Origin: a virus
IMG/VR virus record: IMGVR_UViG_3300045988_179616
Span: 43,395 to 107,394 of that record
Length of the DNA: 64,000 nt
Direction: 5' to 3' (one strand)
Each line of letters begins with the position of its first letter. The first letter of the stretch is position 1. Below the pieces are notes generated by a model. The model was not told the DNA's origin and did not search any database. It saw nothing but the letters and a program-made list of their open reading frames with translations. Positions 16,186 through 27,900 of this stretch are shown here, one piece after another. Position numbers and translations under genes: made by a program.

Positions 16186-19100
16186 ATGGCGGATAAGAAA
16201 ATTAGAATATCTCTTGATATTAATGCTGAGCTTGGAAATGTCCAATCAAAAGTATCTCAGTTGCAACAGCAATTAAATAAAATACAATTGACTGGACTAA
16301 GCGGACAAGCTTTGATTTCAGATTTTAATAATGTACAAAATAGAATAAAAAAACTTCAAGAATTATCTGAGAAGCCGCTAACTGTAAAATCCGATTTTAC
16401 TAAAATAGAAAAAGAGGCTTCTTCAATTCAAGTAGCTGTAGAAAAACTTTTTAGAGAAATTGAACAATTACAAACTAGTTCAAATAAAAAGAAGCTAGAG
16501 CTTTTGCCTAATAGTCAAAAACAGAAAATAGATAAAGCAAATTCAGCTTTAGGCGCTTATGAAAAAACTATCGGAAAGACAATTAGCAAAACAAAAGAAC
16601 TTAAGAAAGCTGAAAAAGATTTGTCTAGTATTCAAACACAATTATCCAAAGAGCAAAAAAAGACTATAGTTTCTCAATCAGATATAGAAATTAAATCAAC
16701 TAACCTAGAAAATGTAAGAAGGCAACTAAAAGAAGCTAGGAGATTGAAACAGGCAACTGCTGAAGTCTACGAAAAAAATAGATGGTCAACAGAGGTTACT
16801 GGTAGAAAATATCAAAGCTCTACTAAAGTAGACGTCAATGGGCAAAAAGTTGCTCTAAAAGATATTACAGAAAAAGTAATTAGACTCAAAGAGGAAGAAA
16901 CAAAACTAATAAGTGATCTAAACAATCTAACAACTCAAGAAAAATTAGATGCAATCAACCAAAAATTAAAAGCTCAAAATGAAATTATTGAAGCTTTAAG
17001 TATTCAATGGAAAGGATTGGATCTAGCAGAAAAGAGTAAAGCTTTTGAAACTTTAAAAGAAACAGCTCAACAATTAGGAGTTAGCTTAGAAGGGATTGCA
17101 AACATTGAGGACGTAGGGACACTTATAAATCGTCTTCAGCAACTAGAAAAAAATGGAGTTAATGCTGTTGATATCGCTTTACAGCAACTAAAAACTGAAA
17201 TTAAAAGTACAGAGCCGCCTCTTGAACAGATTTCTGATAAAGTTAGTCAAGTTGGAAATGAATTCAATTTGGCTTCCCAAAGAGCTCAAGAATTTGCTAA
17301 TCTTAAATCTCAAGTCCTAAGCTTCTTTACAATTACTGGCGCAATTCAACTTTTCCGACGCGCAATTGACAGCGCTTTTGAAACTGTAAAAGAACTAGAC
17401 GAAGCAATGACTGAAATTGCCGTTGTTTCTGATTTCTCAGTTGGAGATATGTGGAAGCAGCTGCCTCGATTCACCGAGCAAGCTAACCAATTAGGAAAAT
17501 CTATTAGAGATGTCTATGGTGCGACTACTCTTTATGTCCAACAGGGTCTAGACCTCGATAATTCACTAAAACTGGCCAATGAAACTCTAAAGATGGCCGC
17601 CGTAGCTGGAATGGATGCTGCGGACGCTACCGATGCTATGACGAGCGCACTTCGTGGTTTCAATATGGAATTAAGTGAAACATCTGCTCAAAAGGTCAAC
17701 GATGTTTATTCTGAGTTGGCTGCGATTTCGGCTGCCGACACTCAAGAAATTTCTACTGCTATGAGTAAGGTAGCATCTTTGGCTCATAACGTCAATATGG
17801 AGTTCGAAACAACCGCTTCATTCCTAACTCAAGGTATTGAAGCTACTCGCGAAGCTCCTGAGACAATTGGTACAGCCCTCAAAACTATCATCGCCAGATT
17901 TGCTGAAGTAAAATCCCTTTATACGAAAGGCCAATTAAGTGGAACAGATGAAGAGGGTGAAACGGTTGATGTAAATAAAGTTCAAACAGCTCTTCGTTCT
18001 GCTGGTATTTCAATGAATGCCTTCCTAAAAGGCGAAGAGGGTCTTGACCAAGTTTTACTAAGACTGTCTAGTCGTTGGAATGACTTAGATGTTCTTACCC
18101 AGCGCTATATAGCGACGATGGCATCTGGTAGCCGTCAGCAATCTCGTTTTATTGCTATGATGGACAACTATGCAAAGACAACGGAGTTTGTCAATTCTGC
18201 ATATAATAGTGCTGGTTCTGGTCAACGTCAGTTTGAAAAGACTCTAGAAAGCTTACAGGCTAAACTAACTAAGTTGAAAAATGCTTGGGATGAGTTTGCT
18301 ATGGGTCTCACTAATAATGTAATTATCAAGGGTGCAGTTGATACTTTGACAGTTTTATTAACTGCTGTAAATAAGTTGATTGATGGCTTATCTGGTGGTC
18401 ATGGACTCATCAAAAGTGTTATGACACTCGGAGCTGTATGGGGCGGACTCAAGCTTGGTGGAAACTTGGTTGATAAAGCCTTAGCGTCTAATTGGGTTCA
18501 GAATAAGATAAAGCTATCAAAAGGTGACCCAGAGACAGTTGCCAATGTTCGAGGGACCAATGCAGAGAGAACTTCTTATTTCCAAAAGGGAGTAAATATG
18601 GCAAAGGAGTTCCAGAAAGGCTTCAAGTCTTTTAAAGCCTTTAATGGAAAAGGTGGCTTCTTTTTGGAAAATGTCCTTGGAATAGATACTAAAAAAAATC
18701 AAATAAGAAAAGATTTGGCCAAAAATGCAGAAGATATAAAACAAGACATAGCAGCAAGTCAAGAAGATTATACTATGGGATATATGGCAGTTTCAGAAGA
18801 CCTTGATGCTCAATTGGCGGGATTAGATAAAAAATATAAAAAAAATATTATATCTGTTGAAGAATATATAAATAGTTTAATCTCTTTAGGAGCCTCTCAA
18901 GAAACTGCCGAAGTTCGAATAGAGTCTTTTAATGAAGAACAGAAAAAAGTTCAGTTAAATGCTGAAAAACTTGGAACTACAGTAACCGCAGTAGGTGGAG
19001 CTTTTATGGCACTTGCTGGTATTTTCTCAATGTTTGGAGACGAAGGAGAAAAAGTAGCTTCAACACTCGCAACAATTGGCGGAGTTTTAGTAGGAATTGG

Positions 19101-22100
19101 ACAAATTATTCCAGTAATAAGCAAAGCTTATCTATCTTTGAAGGCAACTAATCCTGAACTTCTTGCTATTTCCGCTGCATTAGCTGTTATTGCTGGATTA
19201 GTGGCAGCAACACTAATCTCTATGAAAAATAATAGCCCCAAAGCTCAACTTGAAAAAGCCTCTAAAGCAACTGAAAAAGCAAAAGAGATGGCAGAAGGGG
19301 CATCTCAGGCTTATGACGAATTACTGAGTAAAAAATCTGAATTCGATAAGCTTACTACTTCTCTCGAAACCCTAACCCAAGGAACATTTGAATGGCGCAA
19401 AGCTCTGGCTGAAGCGAATAATGAAGTTATTAACCTCCAAAAGGAATTTCCTGAGTTAGAAGTATCGGTAGATAAGGCGACTGGACAATTGAAAATTGAT
19501 AATTGGGGAGATGTTCTAAAGGCTCAAGCGGAAAGAATTGAAGCAACTAATAAACAATTGGCTATGGCACAAGTCAATGAGAATAATAAGCAATTAGAAG
19601 TAACTAGGGCAGATATCTCAAGTGATAATGAACTAACTCCTAATGAAAAAGCAAATAAAAAAGAGGTAGAAAAACTAAAGACAGAAAGTACTAATGTTGC
19701 TTTGATTAGTAGTCTAATTAGTAAATATCAGACCAAGGCTAACGAAGCTGTTTTACAAAATTTGGCAGAAACAATCTTTAAAGATATAACTTATGAAGTT
19801 GAAGTTAAAGATGTGGCAGGTAATGGAAATAATAGACATAGAACAAATACTACACATAAAGAAACAAAAATTTCGAATATCTATGATAGTAAGATCAATG
19901 CTGAAGCCAATAAAGCAGTTAATTCTCTTTCAACCTCTCGAAGAAAAACAAAAGCAGAAGAAATTTTTGGAAAAGATGCTGTAGCAAATATGAAAGATGA
20001 AGAAATCAAAGAAGCTCTAAGAAACTACGAAAAAGGCGTAGCAATAGAGAATATAACTAAACAGATAGCTAGTCTTACTCCTGACCAACAAGAACTTTTA
20101 AAAAGAATTCAAGGAACTTATACTGGCACCAAGAGTGGTTGGAATACTGCCAAAGAAAAAATTTTTAGTGATGAAGATGCTAATGTTATAAAAGATATTT
20201 TAGGATTAAATAATATTCAAACTGTTTTTGATATGGCCGAAAGTGGAACAGAAGCCATTTCTACGAATATTGACAATATTGAATCTCAATTTGAAGATTT
20301 TGGTGAAAAATATACTGGTTCTTTCTTAGACCAATTTTCAGCAGATAATCTTTCAAATATTGCTTCTCAGGTTAAAGAGATGTCAACAGAGAGTGCAAAA
20401 GCTTATCTTGATGCTTATAGTGAGGCTTTGAATGGCGTAGAAAAAGAAGATAGAACACGCTTGGATAACTACCTCTCCTCAATCGACCTATCAGATGCCG
20501 TCCAAGTCCTCGATGCAAAAGAATTCATGAAGAACCTAGGAATGGACGAGACACAAATTGCGAAGTTTTGGGCCACTGCCAATGCCGCTGTTGAACCTTA
20601 TATTACCAGTTTAGAACAAGTACAATCTTTGAATGAGAGAATTTCTAAGCTTGGTGAAGTCCGGAATCTGGTTGAGAATGGAGAGAAAACTTTTAGCTCT
20701 AGTAATAAAGAAAGCCTAGTAAGTGCTGGCTTTGCAGATAGTGACTTCTTACAGACTGGGATTGATGAATGGACTTATATTGGAAAAGATAGCAATGATT
20801 TACTAAGACAGATAAATGAGAAAGTTGCACAGATTGGAGAACATATTGTTGTAAATCTACAAGATAGTGGTGAGAAGGGGAAAGAATACGGTACAATAAT
20901 TGAAAATAATGACAAATTAGGGAAGAGCCTTGCTACCCTTGCTGAAAACGGGTATGAAGGAACAAGTTTCGAGTCTGCCGAACTGAAAGAAATGGCCGAA
21001 ACTTTAGGAATTGCAGTAGAGAATTTATCAGATGAAGGTATTGCAAAAAAACTCATTGATGCCTATAATATGTATAAAAATTTGGGAGAGAATGAAGAAG
21101 CAGTAAGAAAAGAACTTGTTAATAATGCCTCAAGACAATATGATTTAACAGGAAATTTTGGAACTTTCACTGGAAGTATAACTGAAGATGAACAAATAAC
21201 AATAATGACTGCTCAATTGAATAAATATAATGGGGCAATGGAATATTATGAAAAGTTAAAAGCAGAAGCTGGAGTTGACAGTGATAAGTTCAATCTGAAA
21301 TTAGCAAACGAAGCTGTTCAACTTTTTAAATTGCAAAATCAATACAAAAAAACTGCTGAAAGTATTGATGATTATAAAGACGCCTTACTTCAAGGTAAGA
21401 GTGCTGGCACTGACTACTATAATGCTTTAGCTACAACTAAAACAGACTTGAGCACCTTATTTAATGTTGATAAGGGACTAATTACTGATAATTTTATTCA
21501 ACAGTATACTCAAGATATTTATAATTTGGCTGAAGGCGGAGAAGTCGGCACACAAGCTTTTAATCACTTGAGAGATGCCTTATTGAATATTCAAAAAACG
21601 GAATTATCACAAACACTTTCACAATATGGTCTTGAAATAACAGATTATTCTAATTGGATTGAGAATTTAGATCCAACTCTAACAGTTCAAACTGATGACA
21701 CCCAACTTAAAGGACTTTTGCAAAATGTCGTTATTGCTGCTCAGGCAGTTGGGAAAAACGCAGAAGAAGCCTTAAAACCAGTCGTAAAATATCTTGAAGC
21801 AATAACTGGAACACATATTGAATTCCAATGGGAATATGAGTATTCAGGAGCTTTTAAAAGTGAGGATGCTGCCTTACATGCTGGTTGGGAAAAAGTCGGT
21901 GGAGGAATTTATAGACATCCAAAAGCTCTAAAAACTGTCTCCATTAGTGGAGGAAATGGTGGAGGGTTGTATAATAGAGCTTTTACTGCTCCAATTTTAG
22001 GTAATAATGGTGGTTCTACTGGAGGCTCTTCATCAGAAAAGAAAGAATCTACATGGGAAAACCCCTATGACAAACTTTACAATCTAACCGAAGAAATAAA

Positions 22101-23895
22101 TGAAGCTCTCCGCCAGCGCGAAAAGCTCGAAAGAGAATATGACCGCATCCTAGAACGCCGTGGCTCTACATTCCGAGAACTCCGTAAGAATTATAACGCT
22201 CAGCTTCAATCTCTTCAAAAAGAAATTGCACTCCAAAATCAACTGCGCGCAGGCCGTCTCGCGCAACTAAATGCTCTATCTTCCGAAACTTACAAAGGGC
22301 AAGATAGTGAAGGAAATGAACTTATAAAGTCCTTTGCTGATTGGGGTGTTACAAAATATGGTAGCTATAATCCTAATACTGGACTTCTTCAGATTGATTG
22401 GAATGCAATTGATCGAGTAAAAGATGAAAATACTGGTGGAGCGATTGAAGCCTATATTAATCGTTTGGAAGAGCTTCAAGGCCAAATTGAAGATATAGAC
22501 AGTCAAATTGAAGACTTTCAAGACAAAATAACCGAACTTCAAAAAGAAGGAATGCAAGGATATCTTGATTTCGAGCAAAAAGTCTATGATGCTATCGTAA
22601 ATCAACAACAAGAATTGATTGATAGTTATCAAAATTTATCTGATGAACTGACAGAATCAAATCAAAGAATTCTTAATAGTATTCAAGATTCAATTGACCT
22701 TCAACGACAAATTCGAGATAATACTAAAACCGAAGATGATTTAAATGAAAAAGAAGCTCGTTTAGCTTATCTTCGCCGGGACACTTCTAATGCAAATCTT
22801 CTAGAAATAAAACAATTAGAGGATGAATTAGCAAATAGTCGTCAAGATTATGAGGATAATTTAATTGACCAGCAATTAGAACGTCTTTCAAAGCAAAATG
22901 ACGATGCCCAAACGGCCCGAGAGAAACAAATTGAATTGATGCAAGCTCAGCTCGACTACTCAGAAAAAAGTGGTGAATTTTGGGATAAAACCTATGAATT
23001 AATAATGGAAGGCTTTTCCGAAACTGGAGATTATAGTATGTCTTCTAATCTTTGGAATCTTCTCCAAAAAGACGAAGGCTGGAAGGGAATGAGTAAATTT
23101 GGACAGTTAAATTGGCAAGAAGAGATCTCAAAAGCTATTTTAGCAGCAAGTCATGGATATGCTAACTGGAATATGTATAAGGCTAAAGAAATTGATAAAA
23201 GTTTAACTACTGGTGATGGTCAACAACTTACCTATGATGGAAAACAATGGAAAGATAGTAATGGAAATATTTATAGCGGAGTTGACTATGATTCTTCAAT
23301 TGGGCAATTTATATATTCTGGAATGATTCCTGCAAAAAAGCCAAGTCCTTCTGGTGCAGATGGAGGCGGTCATGGCTCAGTTGGTATTGGAAGTCGTGTT
23401 CGTGTTGATAGTAAAACTCCAATCTATTCCAACTCTTATGGCGGAGGCGCGGGTAGACAATATTATGCTAATGACCCAATCTATAACATTCTTGATGAAA
23501 AAAATGGATACTATTTAGTAAGACATCATAAGTTAAGTTCTGGTTATACTGGTTGGTTTAAAAAGAGCGATGTTAAAGCTTATAAGAAGGGCGGTCTTGC
23601 TGATTTTACTGGACCAGCATGGTTGGATGGAACAAAATCTAGCCCAGAACTTATTTTGAATGCTCGCGATACTGAAAACTTTATTGAATTAAAGAATATT
23701 CTTGGATCTTTAATGAAATCAGGAATTACTGAAACTACTTCAAGTTCTGTTGGCGATATGTATTTCGATATAGATATAAATGTTGATGAAATTAGTAACG
23801 ATTACGACGTTGAACAGCTCAAGAAAAAGATAAAGGAAGATATAACAAATGATGCAATGTATCGAAATGTGAATCTAATAAATCTGATTAGATAA
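16186..23895 (+). CDS. Tail tape measure protein (2569 aa)
   Basis: Extensive coiled coil. TP901-type TMP core (ELDEAMTEIAVVSDF...AADATDAMTSALRGFNM). Hydrophobic helices (TVTAVGGAFMALAGIFSMFG, VLVGIGQIIPVI). A C-terminal SH3b-like segment lies around 23385-23585. Confidence 0.9.
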   Translation: MADKKIRISLDINAELGNVQSKVSQLQQQLNKIQLTGLSGQALISDFNNVQNRIKKLQELSEKPLTVKSDFTKIEKEASSIQVAVEKLFREIEQLQTSSNKKKLELLPNSQKQKIDKANSALGAYEKTIGKTISKTKELKKAEKDLSSIQTQLSKEQKKTIVSQSDIEIKSTNLENVRRQLKEARRLKQATAEVYEKNRWSTEVTGRKYQSSTKVDVNGQKVALKDITEKVIRLKEEETKLISDLNNLTTQEKLDAINQKLKAQNEIIEALSIQWKGLDLAEKSKAFETLKETAQQLGVSLEGIANIEDVGTLINRLQQLEKNGVNAVDIALQQLKTEIKSTEPPLEQISDKVSQVGNEFNLASQRAQEFANLKSQVLSFFTITGAIQLFRRAIDSAFETVKELDEAMTEIAVVSDFSVGDMWKQLPRFTEQANQLGKSIRDVYGATTLYVQQGLDLDNSLKLANETLKMAAVAGMDAADATDAMTSALRGFNMELSETSAQKVNDVYSELAAISAADTQEISTAMSKVASLAHNVNMEFETTASFLTQGIEATREAPETIGTALKTIIARFAEVKSLYTKGQLSGTDEEGETVDVNKVQTALRSAGISMNAFLKGEEGLDQVLLRLSSRWNDLDVLTQRYIATMASGSRQQSRFIAMMDNYAKTTEFVNSAYNSAGSGQRQFEKTLESLQAKLTKLKNAWDEFAMGLTNNVIIKGAVDTLTVLLTAVNKLIDGLSGGHGLIKSVMTLGAVWGGLKLGGNLVDKALASNWVQNKIKLSKGDPETVANVRGTNAERTSYFQKGVNMAKEFQKGFKSFKAFNGKGGFFLENVLGIDTKKNQIRKDLAKNAEDIKQDIAASQEDYTMGYMAVSEDLDAQLAGLDKKYKKNIISVEEYINSLISLGASQETAEVRIESFNEEQKKVQLNAEKLGTTVTAVGGAFMALAGIFSMFGDEGEKVASTLATIGGVLVGIGQIIPVISKAYLSLKATNPELLAISAALAVIAGLVAATLISMKNNSPKAQLEKASKATEKAKEMAEGASQAYDELLSKKSEFDKLTTSLETLTQGTFEWRKALAEANNEVINLQKEFPELEVSVDKATGQLKIDNWGDVLKAQAERIEATNKQLAMAQVNENNKQLEVTRADISSDNELTPNEKANKKEVEKLKTESTNVALISSLISKYQTKANEAVLQNLAETIFKDITYEVEVKDVAGNGNNRHRTNTTHKETKISNIYDSKINAEANKAVNSLSTSRRKTKAEEIFGKDAVANMKDEEIKEALRNYEKGVAIENITKQIASLTPDQQELLKRIQGTYTGTKSGWNTAKEKIFSDEDANVIKDILGLNNIQTVFDMAESGTEAISTNIDNIESQFEDFGEKYTGSFLDQFSADNLSNIASQVKEMSTESAKAYLDAYSEALNGVEKEDRTRLDNYLSSIDLSDAVQVLDAKEFMKNLGMDETQIAKFWATANAAVEPYITSLEQVQSLNERISKLGEVRNLVENGEKTFSSSNKESLVSAGFADSDFLQTGIDEWTYIGKDSNDLLRQINEKVAQIGEHIVVNLQDSGEKGKEYGTIIENNDKLGKSLATLAENGYEGTSFESAELKEMAETLGIAVENLSDEGIAKKLIDAYNMYKNLGENEEAVRKELVNNASRQYDLTGNFGTFTGSITEDEQITIMTAQLNKYNGAMEYYEKLKAEAGVDSDKFNLKLANEAVQLFKLQNQYKKTAESIDDYKDALLQGKSAGTDYYNALATTKTDLSTLFNVDKGLITDNFIQQYTQDIYNLAEGGEVGTQAFNHLRDALLNIQKTELSQTLSQYGLEITDYSNWIENLDPTLTVQTDDTQLKGLLQNVVIAAQAVGKNAEEALKPVVKYLEAITGTHIEFQWEYEYSGAFKSEDAALHAGWEKVGGGIYRHPKALKTVSISGGNGGGLYNRAFTAPILGNNGGSTGGSSSEKKESTWENPYDKLYNLTEEINEALRQREKLEREYDRILERRGSTFRELRKNYNAQLQSLQKEIALQNQLRAGRLAQLNALSSETYKGQDSEGNELIKSFADWGVTKYGSYNPNTGLLQIDWNAIDRVKDENTGGAIEAYINRLEELQGQIEDIDSQIEDFQDKITELQKEGMQGYLDFEQKVYDAIVNQQQELIDSYQNLSDELTESNQRILNSIQDSIDLQRQIRDNTKTEDDLNEKEARLAYLRRDTSNANLLEIKQLEDELANSRQDYEDNLIDQQLERLSKQNDDAQTAREKQIELMQAQLDYSEKSGEFWDKTYELIMEGFSETGDYSMSSNLWNLLQKDEGWKGMSKFGQLNWQEEISKAILAASHGYANWNMYKAKEIDKSLTTGDGQQLTYDGKQWKDSNGNIYSGVDYDSSIGQFIYSGMIPAKKPSPSGADGGGHGSVGIGSRVRVDSKTPIYSNSYGGGAGRQYYANDPIYNILDEKNGYYLVRHHKLSSGYTGWFKKSDVKAYKKGGLADFTGPAWLDGTKSSPELILNARDTENFIELKNILGSLMKSGITETTSSSVGDMYFDIDINVDEISNDYDVEQLKKKIKEDITNDAMYRNVNLINLIR

Positions 23896-23901
23896 TTAGA
23901 A

Positions 23902-23967
23902 AGCCATAGCGGTTTTTCTACTTAATCTTAGAAGAAATTCGAGAAAAGGAGGAAAACCGCTATGGCT
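23902..23967 (+). promoter_or_regulatory. 15-bp perfect inverted repeat (extendable to about 18 bp) enclosing the SD and ATG of the Dit gene
   Basis: AGCCATAGCGGTTTT (23902-23916) is the exact reverse complement of AAAACCGCTATGGCT (23953-23967). The ATG at 23962-23964 is inside the right arm. No T-tract follows. Confidence 0.6.
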
Positions 23968-24894
23968 ATTGCGTTAAAAGGAGATTTTATTAGTTTTTCC
24001 TTTAATGGATACCGTTCCGAAGATTTAGGAATTGTGCGTGTTAGCGATGGTAGTAGATATAGTGAAAACTTAATTCCTACCCCTCAAGATAAAACCGTAC
24101 AGGTTCCTGGAGGGGACGGTTTTTATTATTTTGGGAGTGATAATACTCAAAGAACGTTTAATATAAATATTGCCTTTGGTGAACTAACTGAGGAACAATT
24201 TCGAAAGTTGCGACAGGTTTTTGGAACAAAGGAACTCGGTAAGTTAATTTTTGATGAAAGACCTTATAAATATTATATGGTTAAAGCTGGAGAACCACAA
24301 TTAAAATATATTTGTTTTACAGTAAAAAATAGTGATGGAACCAACTCTCGTATTTATAAAGGAGAAGGAACAATTACTTTTACAGCATATTATCCTTATG
24401 CAAAAAGTGTTTATAAATATCTAAATGAATATTCTAATACAAATAAGGATGAATGGAGTGCCTCAAGTCGAATGATAGCAGCCGAAGATAACACTTTCTC
24501 AGTTGAGGGAAATTCAAGTCCTTATTCTCTTAGAGTTTATAATGCTGGAGATCTTGAAGCAGACTTTATTTTAAAATTAAATTTTGGTACAGTTGGAGAC
24601 ATTTCTTTAATAAAAAAAGATAGTAAAGAAAACACAGTAGCAATTTTACAGCTATCTTCTTTTTCAGCAAAAGGTTCTGATGTTAGATGTCAAATAAATA
24701 CAAAAACAAATCTTATTGAAGGAATAGATTCAAATGGAAAACCAACTGGTAATCTTTATAATGAATATATTATCGGAGGAGATTTTTTTAAAATTCCAAC
24801 AATGAGTTCTTCAGATGAGTTTTGGAAAATTAAATTCTCTTGTGATGGAGTCCCTTCAAAAAAAGATTTAGTTTATGATTATATTTATTATTAA
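23962..24894 (+). CDS. Distal tail protein (Dit, siphovirus tail component family)
   Basis: 310 aa. The N-terminus FISFSFNGYRSEDLGIVRV is typical of Sipho_tail/Dit proteins. Lies directly after the TMP. Confidence 0.7.
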   Translation: MAIALKGDFISFSFNGYRSEDLGIVRVSDGSRYSENLIPTPQDKTVQVPGGDGFYYFGSDNTQRTFNINIAFGELTEEQFRKLRQVFGTKELGKLIFDERPYKYYMVKAGEPQLKYICFTVKNSDGTNSRIYKGEGTITFTAYYPYAKSVYKYLNEYSNTNKDEWSASSRMIAAEDNTFSVEGNSSPYSLRVYNAGDLEADFILKLNFGTVGDISLIKKDSKENTVAILQLSSFSAKGSDVRCQINTKTNLIEGIDSNGKPTGNLYNEYIIGGDFFKIPTMSSSDEFWKIKFSCDGVPSKKDLVYDYIYY

Positions 24895-24905
24895 GGAGGC
24901 TTATT

Positions 24906-27900
24906 ATGATAAAAAACAAATATGAAATAAGCCTGTGGAACGATAAATTTATTAAATCAACCGAGACAATTCCAGCTCATTACGAGGAAGAAAAGATTTG
25001 TATTCTTGGTTCTGATTCTATGACTTCGCAGGCAAGAGTAGTTGAACCAAAACTCGTACAAAATGTCAATGGAACTAATATTTTAACTTTTAAACTTTTT
25101 TATTATTATATTGATAATGAAACTGGAGAAAAAGTTAGAAATCCCTTTTTATCTCTTTTAGTTAATGAGCGAAAAATAAAATGTAGATGGGATAATAAAT
25201 GGTATGATTTTGTAATTAAAGGCATCCAAGAGGATAGTAGTGGGAAATCTATTACCTACACCTGTTCTGATTTATTTGTTAATGAACTAAGTAAGACAGG
25301 TTTTAATTTAGAATTTAATACTGATTTGAATAATAATCAGGGAACGGCGCAAGAATTAGCCGAAAAAGTTCTTGAGGGAACTGATTGGAAATTAGATATT
25401 CAAAAAAGCGATCATATTCTTCAAACAATAGAAGAGCCTCTTTATAAAACAATAACGACTCAAGTTATAGACACTCTTGAAGGAACAAAAATTGGTGAAA
25501 ATTCTGAAATTTATCTATTTTATTCTGTTGTGTCAGAGAAAGAGACCTTTATTCAGTTTATCTACAATGAAAAAGGATATGAAACAGAAGCAAATAGTCA
25601 ATTATTAAAAGAGAATAACTGTTTTTCTATTGAGGTTGCAGACTACGATAAATGGTTAGAAAAATATACCACAGGTATTGGCTCTACTCTTTCTGATTAT
25701 CGTGGGAAAAGATTAGTACGTCAACAACTTCAAGAATTTAATGATGCAGTAGGAAGAAATTGCTATGTTTTTAATAAATCAAATACTGATAAAACAAAAG
25801 TTTTAGGTTATTCGACCATTGAGTATAAAGATCCGACTGTCATTTTAAATTTAATTTCTAATTCAAAAGATTTTGTTGATACTAATGGATGGCTAGGTAA
25901 TTTAGAATGGCAACTTTATCCTCTTTTTTATAACTCTGAAAATATCCCAATAGATTATGAAGGAAAAACTTATCTTTTAACGAGTGGGGAGCAAGATTCT
26001 AAAAACAATTATCTTCCTATTTTTAATTCTGGCTTACAAAATTCTGCCATATATTTAGAAAACGGCTTACAAACTGGTCAAAAATATATTGTAAGAATTA
26101 AAGCTTATACTGATGATAATGGTAAGCCATCAAACACTTTAATTGCCCCAACTGATGTTTCTTTCCAAATTCTAGATTATTTCAACAGTTTGGGCGCGGG
26201 AAGTGATGGTGTTCCGGAGCACAACTCTGATAGTTATTGTAATTTTACAACCCCATTAATAAAAAATACTTATGTTTCTACAAAAGATACTACTCCTTCG
26301 CCCGAAAAGACCTATTATATTTGGGAGAATAAAGAATATACTATTCAAAAAAATTTAGATTCTTTTTCTGCTGACTTAAAATATTATGAATTAGGTGACA
26401 AAGTAATTGAATTTGAAGTTGAAATATTGAAATCAATTCCTAGAGCTGATATAACAGCAGGATATTTGAAGGAGGCGGAGAAAGATAATAGTCAGCATAT
26501 TGCAAAGCCAGGACTTTTTATTTATTTGCCTAAATGTTGGTTAGAAGAAATTCAATTTTATCAAAAAGTTGAAGGTTATAATGGACAGGTAATTCATATC
26601 GGTGATTTGGACACCCAATCTGTTGGGACTACTTATTATAAATATTTTATTCCTAATAATTCTTATAAGAATGAAGATGACATAAAATTTCTTTATTCTG
26701 GAACAGAAAAGCAAACTGATTATGTAAAACTTTATAAAGATGACACAAAAGTTTTATATGAAAAAATTCGGAGTATAAATAAAAAGCAGTCAAATCGTTT
26801 TAATCTTCTTCAATCAATAGCTGAAACCTTTGAATGTTGGGTACGCTTTAATATAGATCATGATAGTAGTGGTAAGATAATTTATGATAATGGCTTTCCA
26901 AAGAAAACTGTCTATTTAAAAGAAAAGATTGGAAATGAATTAGGATATGGTTTTAAGTATGGAATTGACTTAAAAACCATTTCTCGTTCAATTGATAGCA
27001 ATCAAATTACTACAAAAGTAATTGTTTCTCCGAATATAAATGAACACGCTGAAGAAGGAATCTGTGAAATAGCTAAAAGTTTATATAGTGAAACAGGAGA
27101 AAATTATATTTACGATTTTGGATATTATATTTCTCAAGGACTTCTAAATAGTGGAGAATTAAATAAGTATTTTTATTTGCCTGAAGATGGAACATCCGGT
27201 TTTTATATCCAACTAAAACAACTAAATACTGAGTATAATGCTCGTGTGCAAAAAATTGCAGCAAGAAAAATCGAATTATCGAAGCAAACAAGCTTACAAA
27301 CAGTTTATGATCAATATGTCTCATCTGCTCAAGAAGAGATAATAAGTTTGAGAAGTCAATTAGCGCAGCTTGCTGGTTTAAAAAATTATAATATTGAAAA
27401 AGTTTTAGCGTACATTTCTAATCATCAAGATAATGAAAAAGCGATAAATTTATTAACAACATTAACCACTGCTGAGCATAATTTAGAAAATTATAAAAAT
27501 TCTTTATTCTTAATTGAAAGAAGCGTATCCAATCTTACTTCTTTTATTGATACAGAAGAAGAAAAAAACAAGAAAATTCTCGATAAGAAAAAAAATCTTG
27601 AAGAAAATTTTTATAAAAGATTTTCTCGCTTTATTCAGGAAGGAACATGGACTTCTCAAGATTATATAGATGAAAATTTATATTATCTTGATGCAAAAAG
27701 CGTAGCATATACGAGTTCTCGACCAAAAGTTTCTTATAATATTTCGGTAATTCGACTCAATGCTCTTCCTGAATTTGCAGGAAAAATCTTTAATGTTGGA
27801 GATATATCCTACATTGAAGATACAGAGTTCTTTGGGTATGTAATTGGAAAGAATGGATGGAAAACGCCATACCGTGAACGAATTCTTATAAGTGAAAAAA

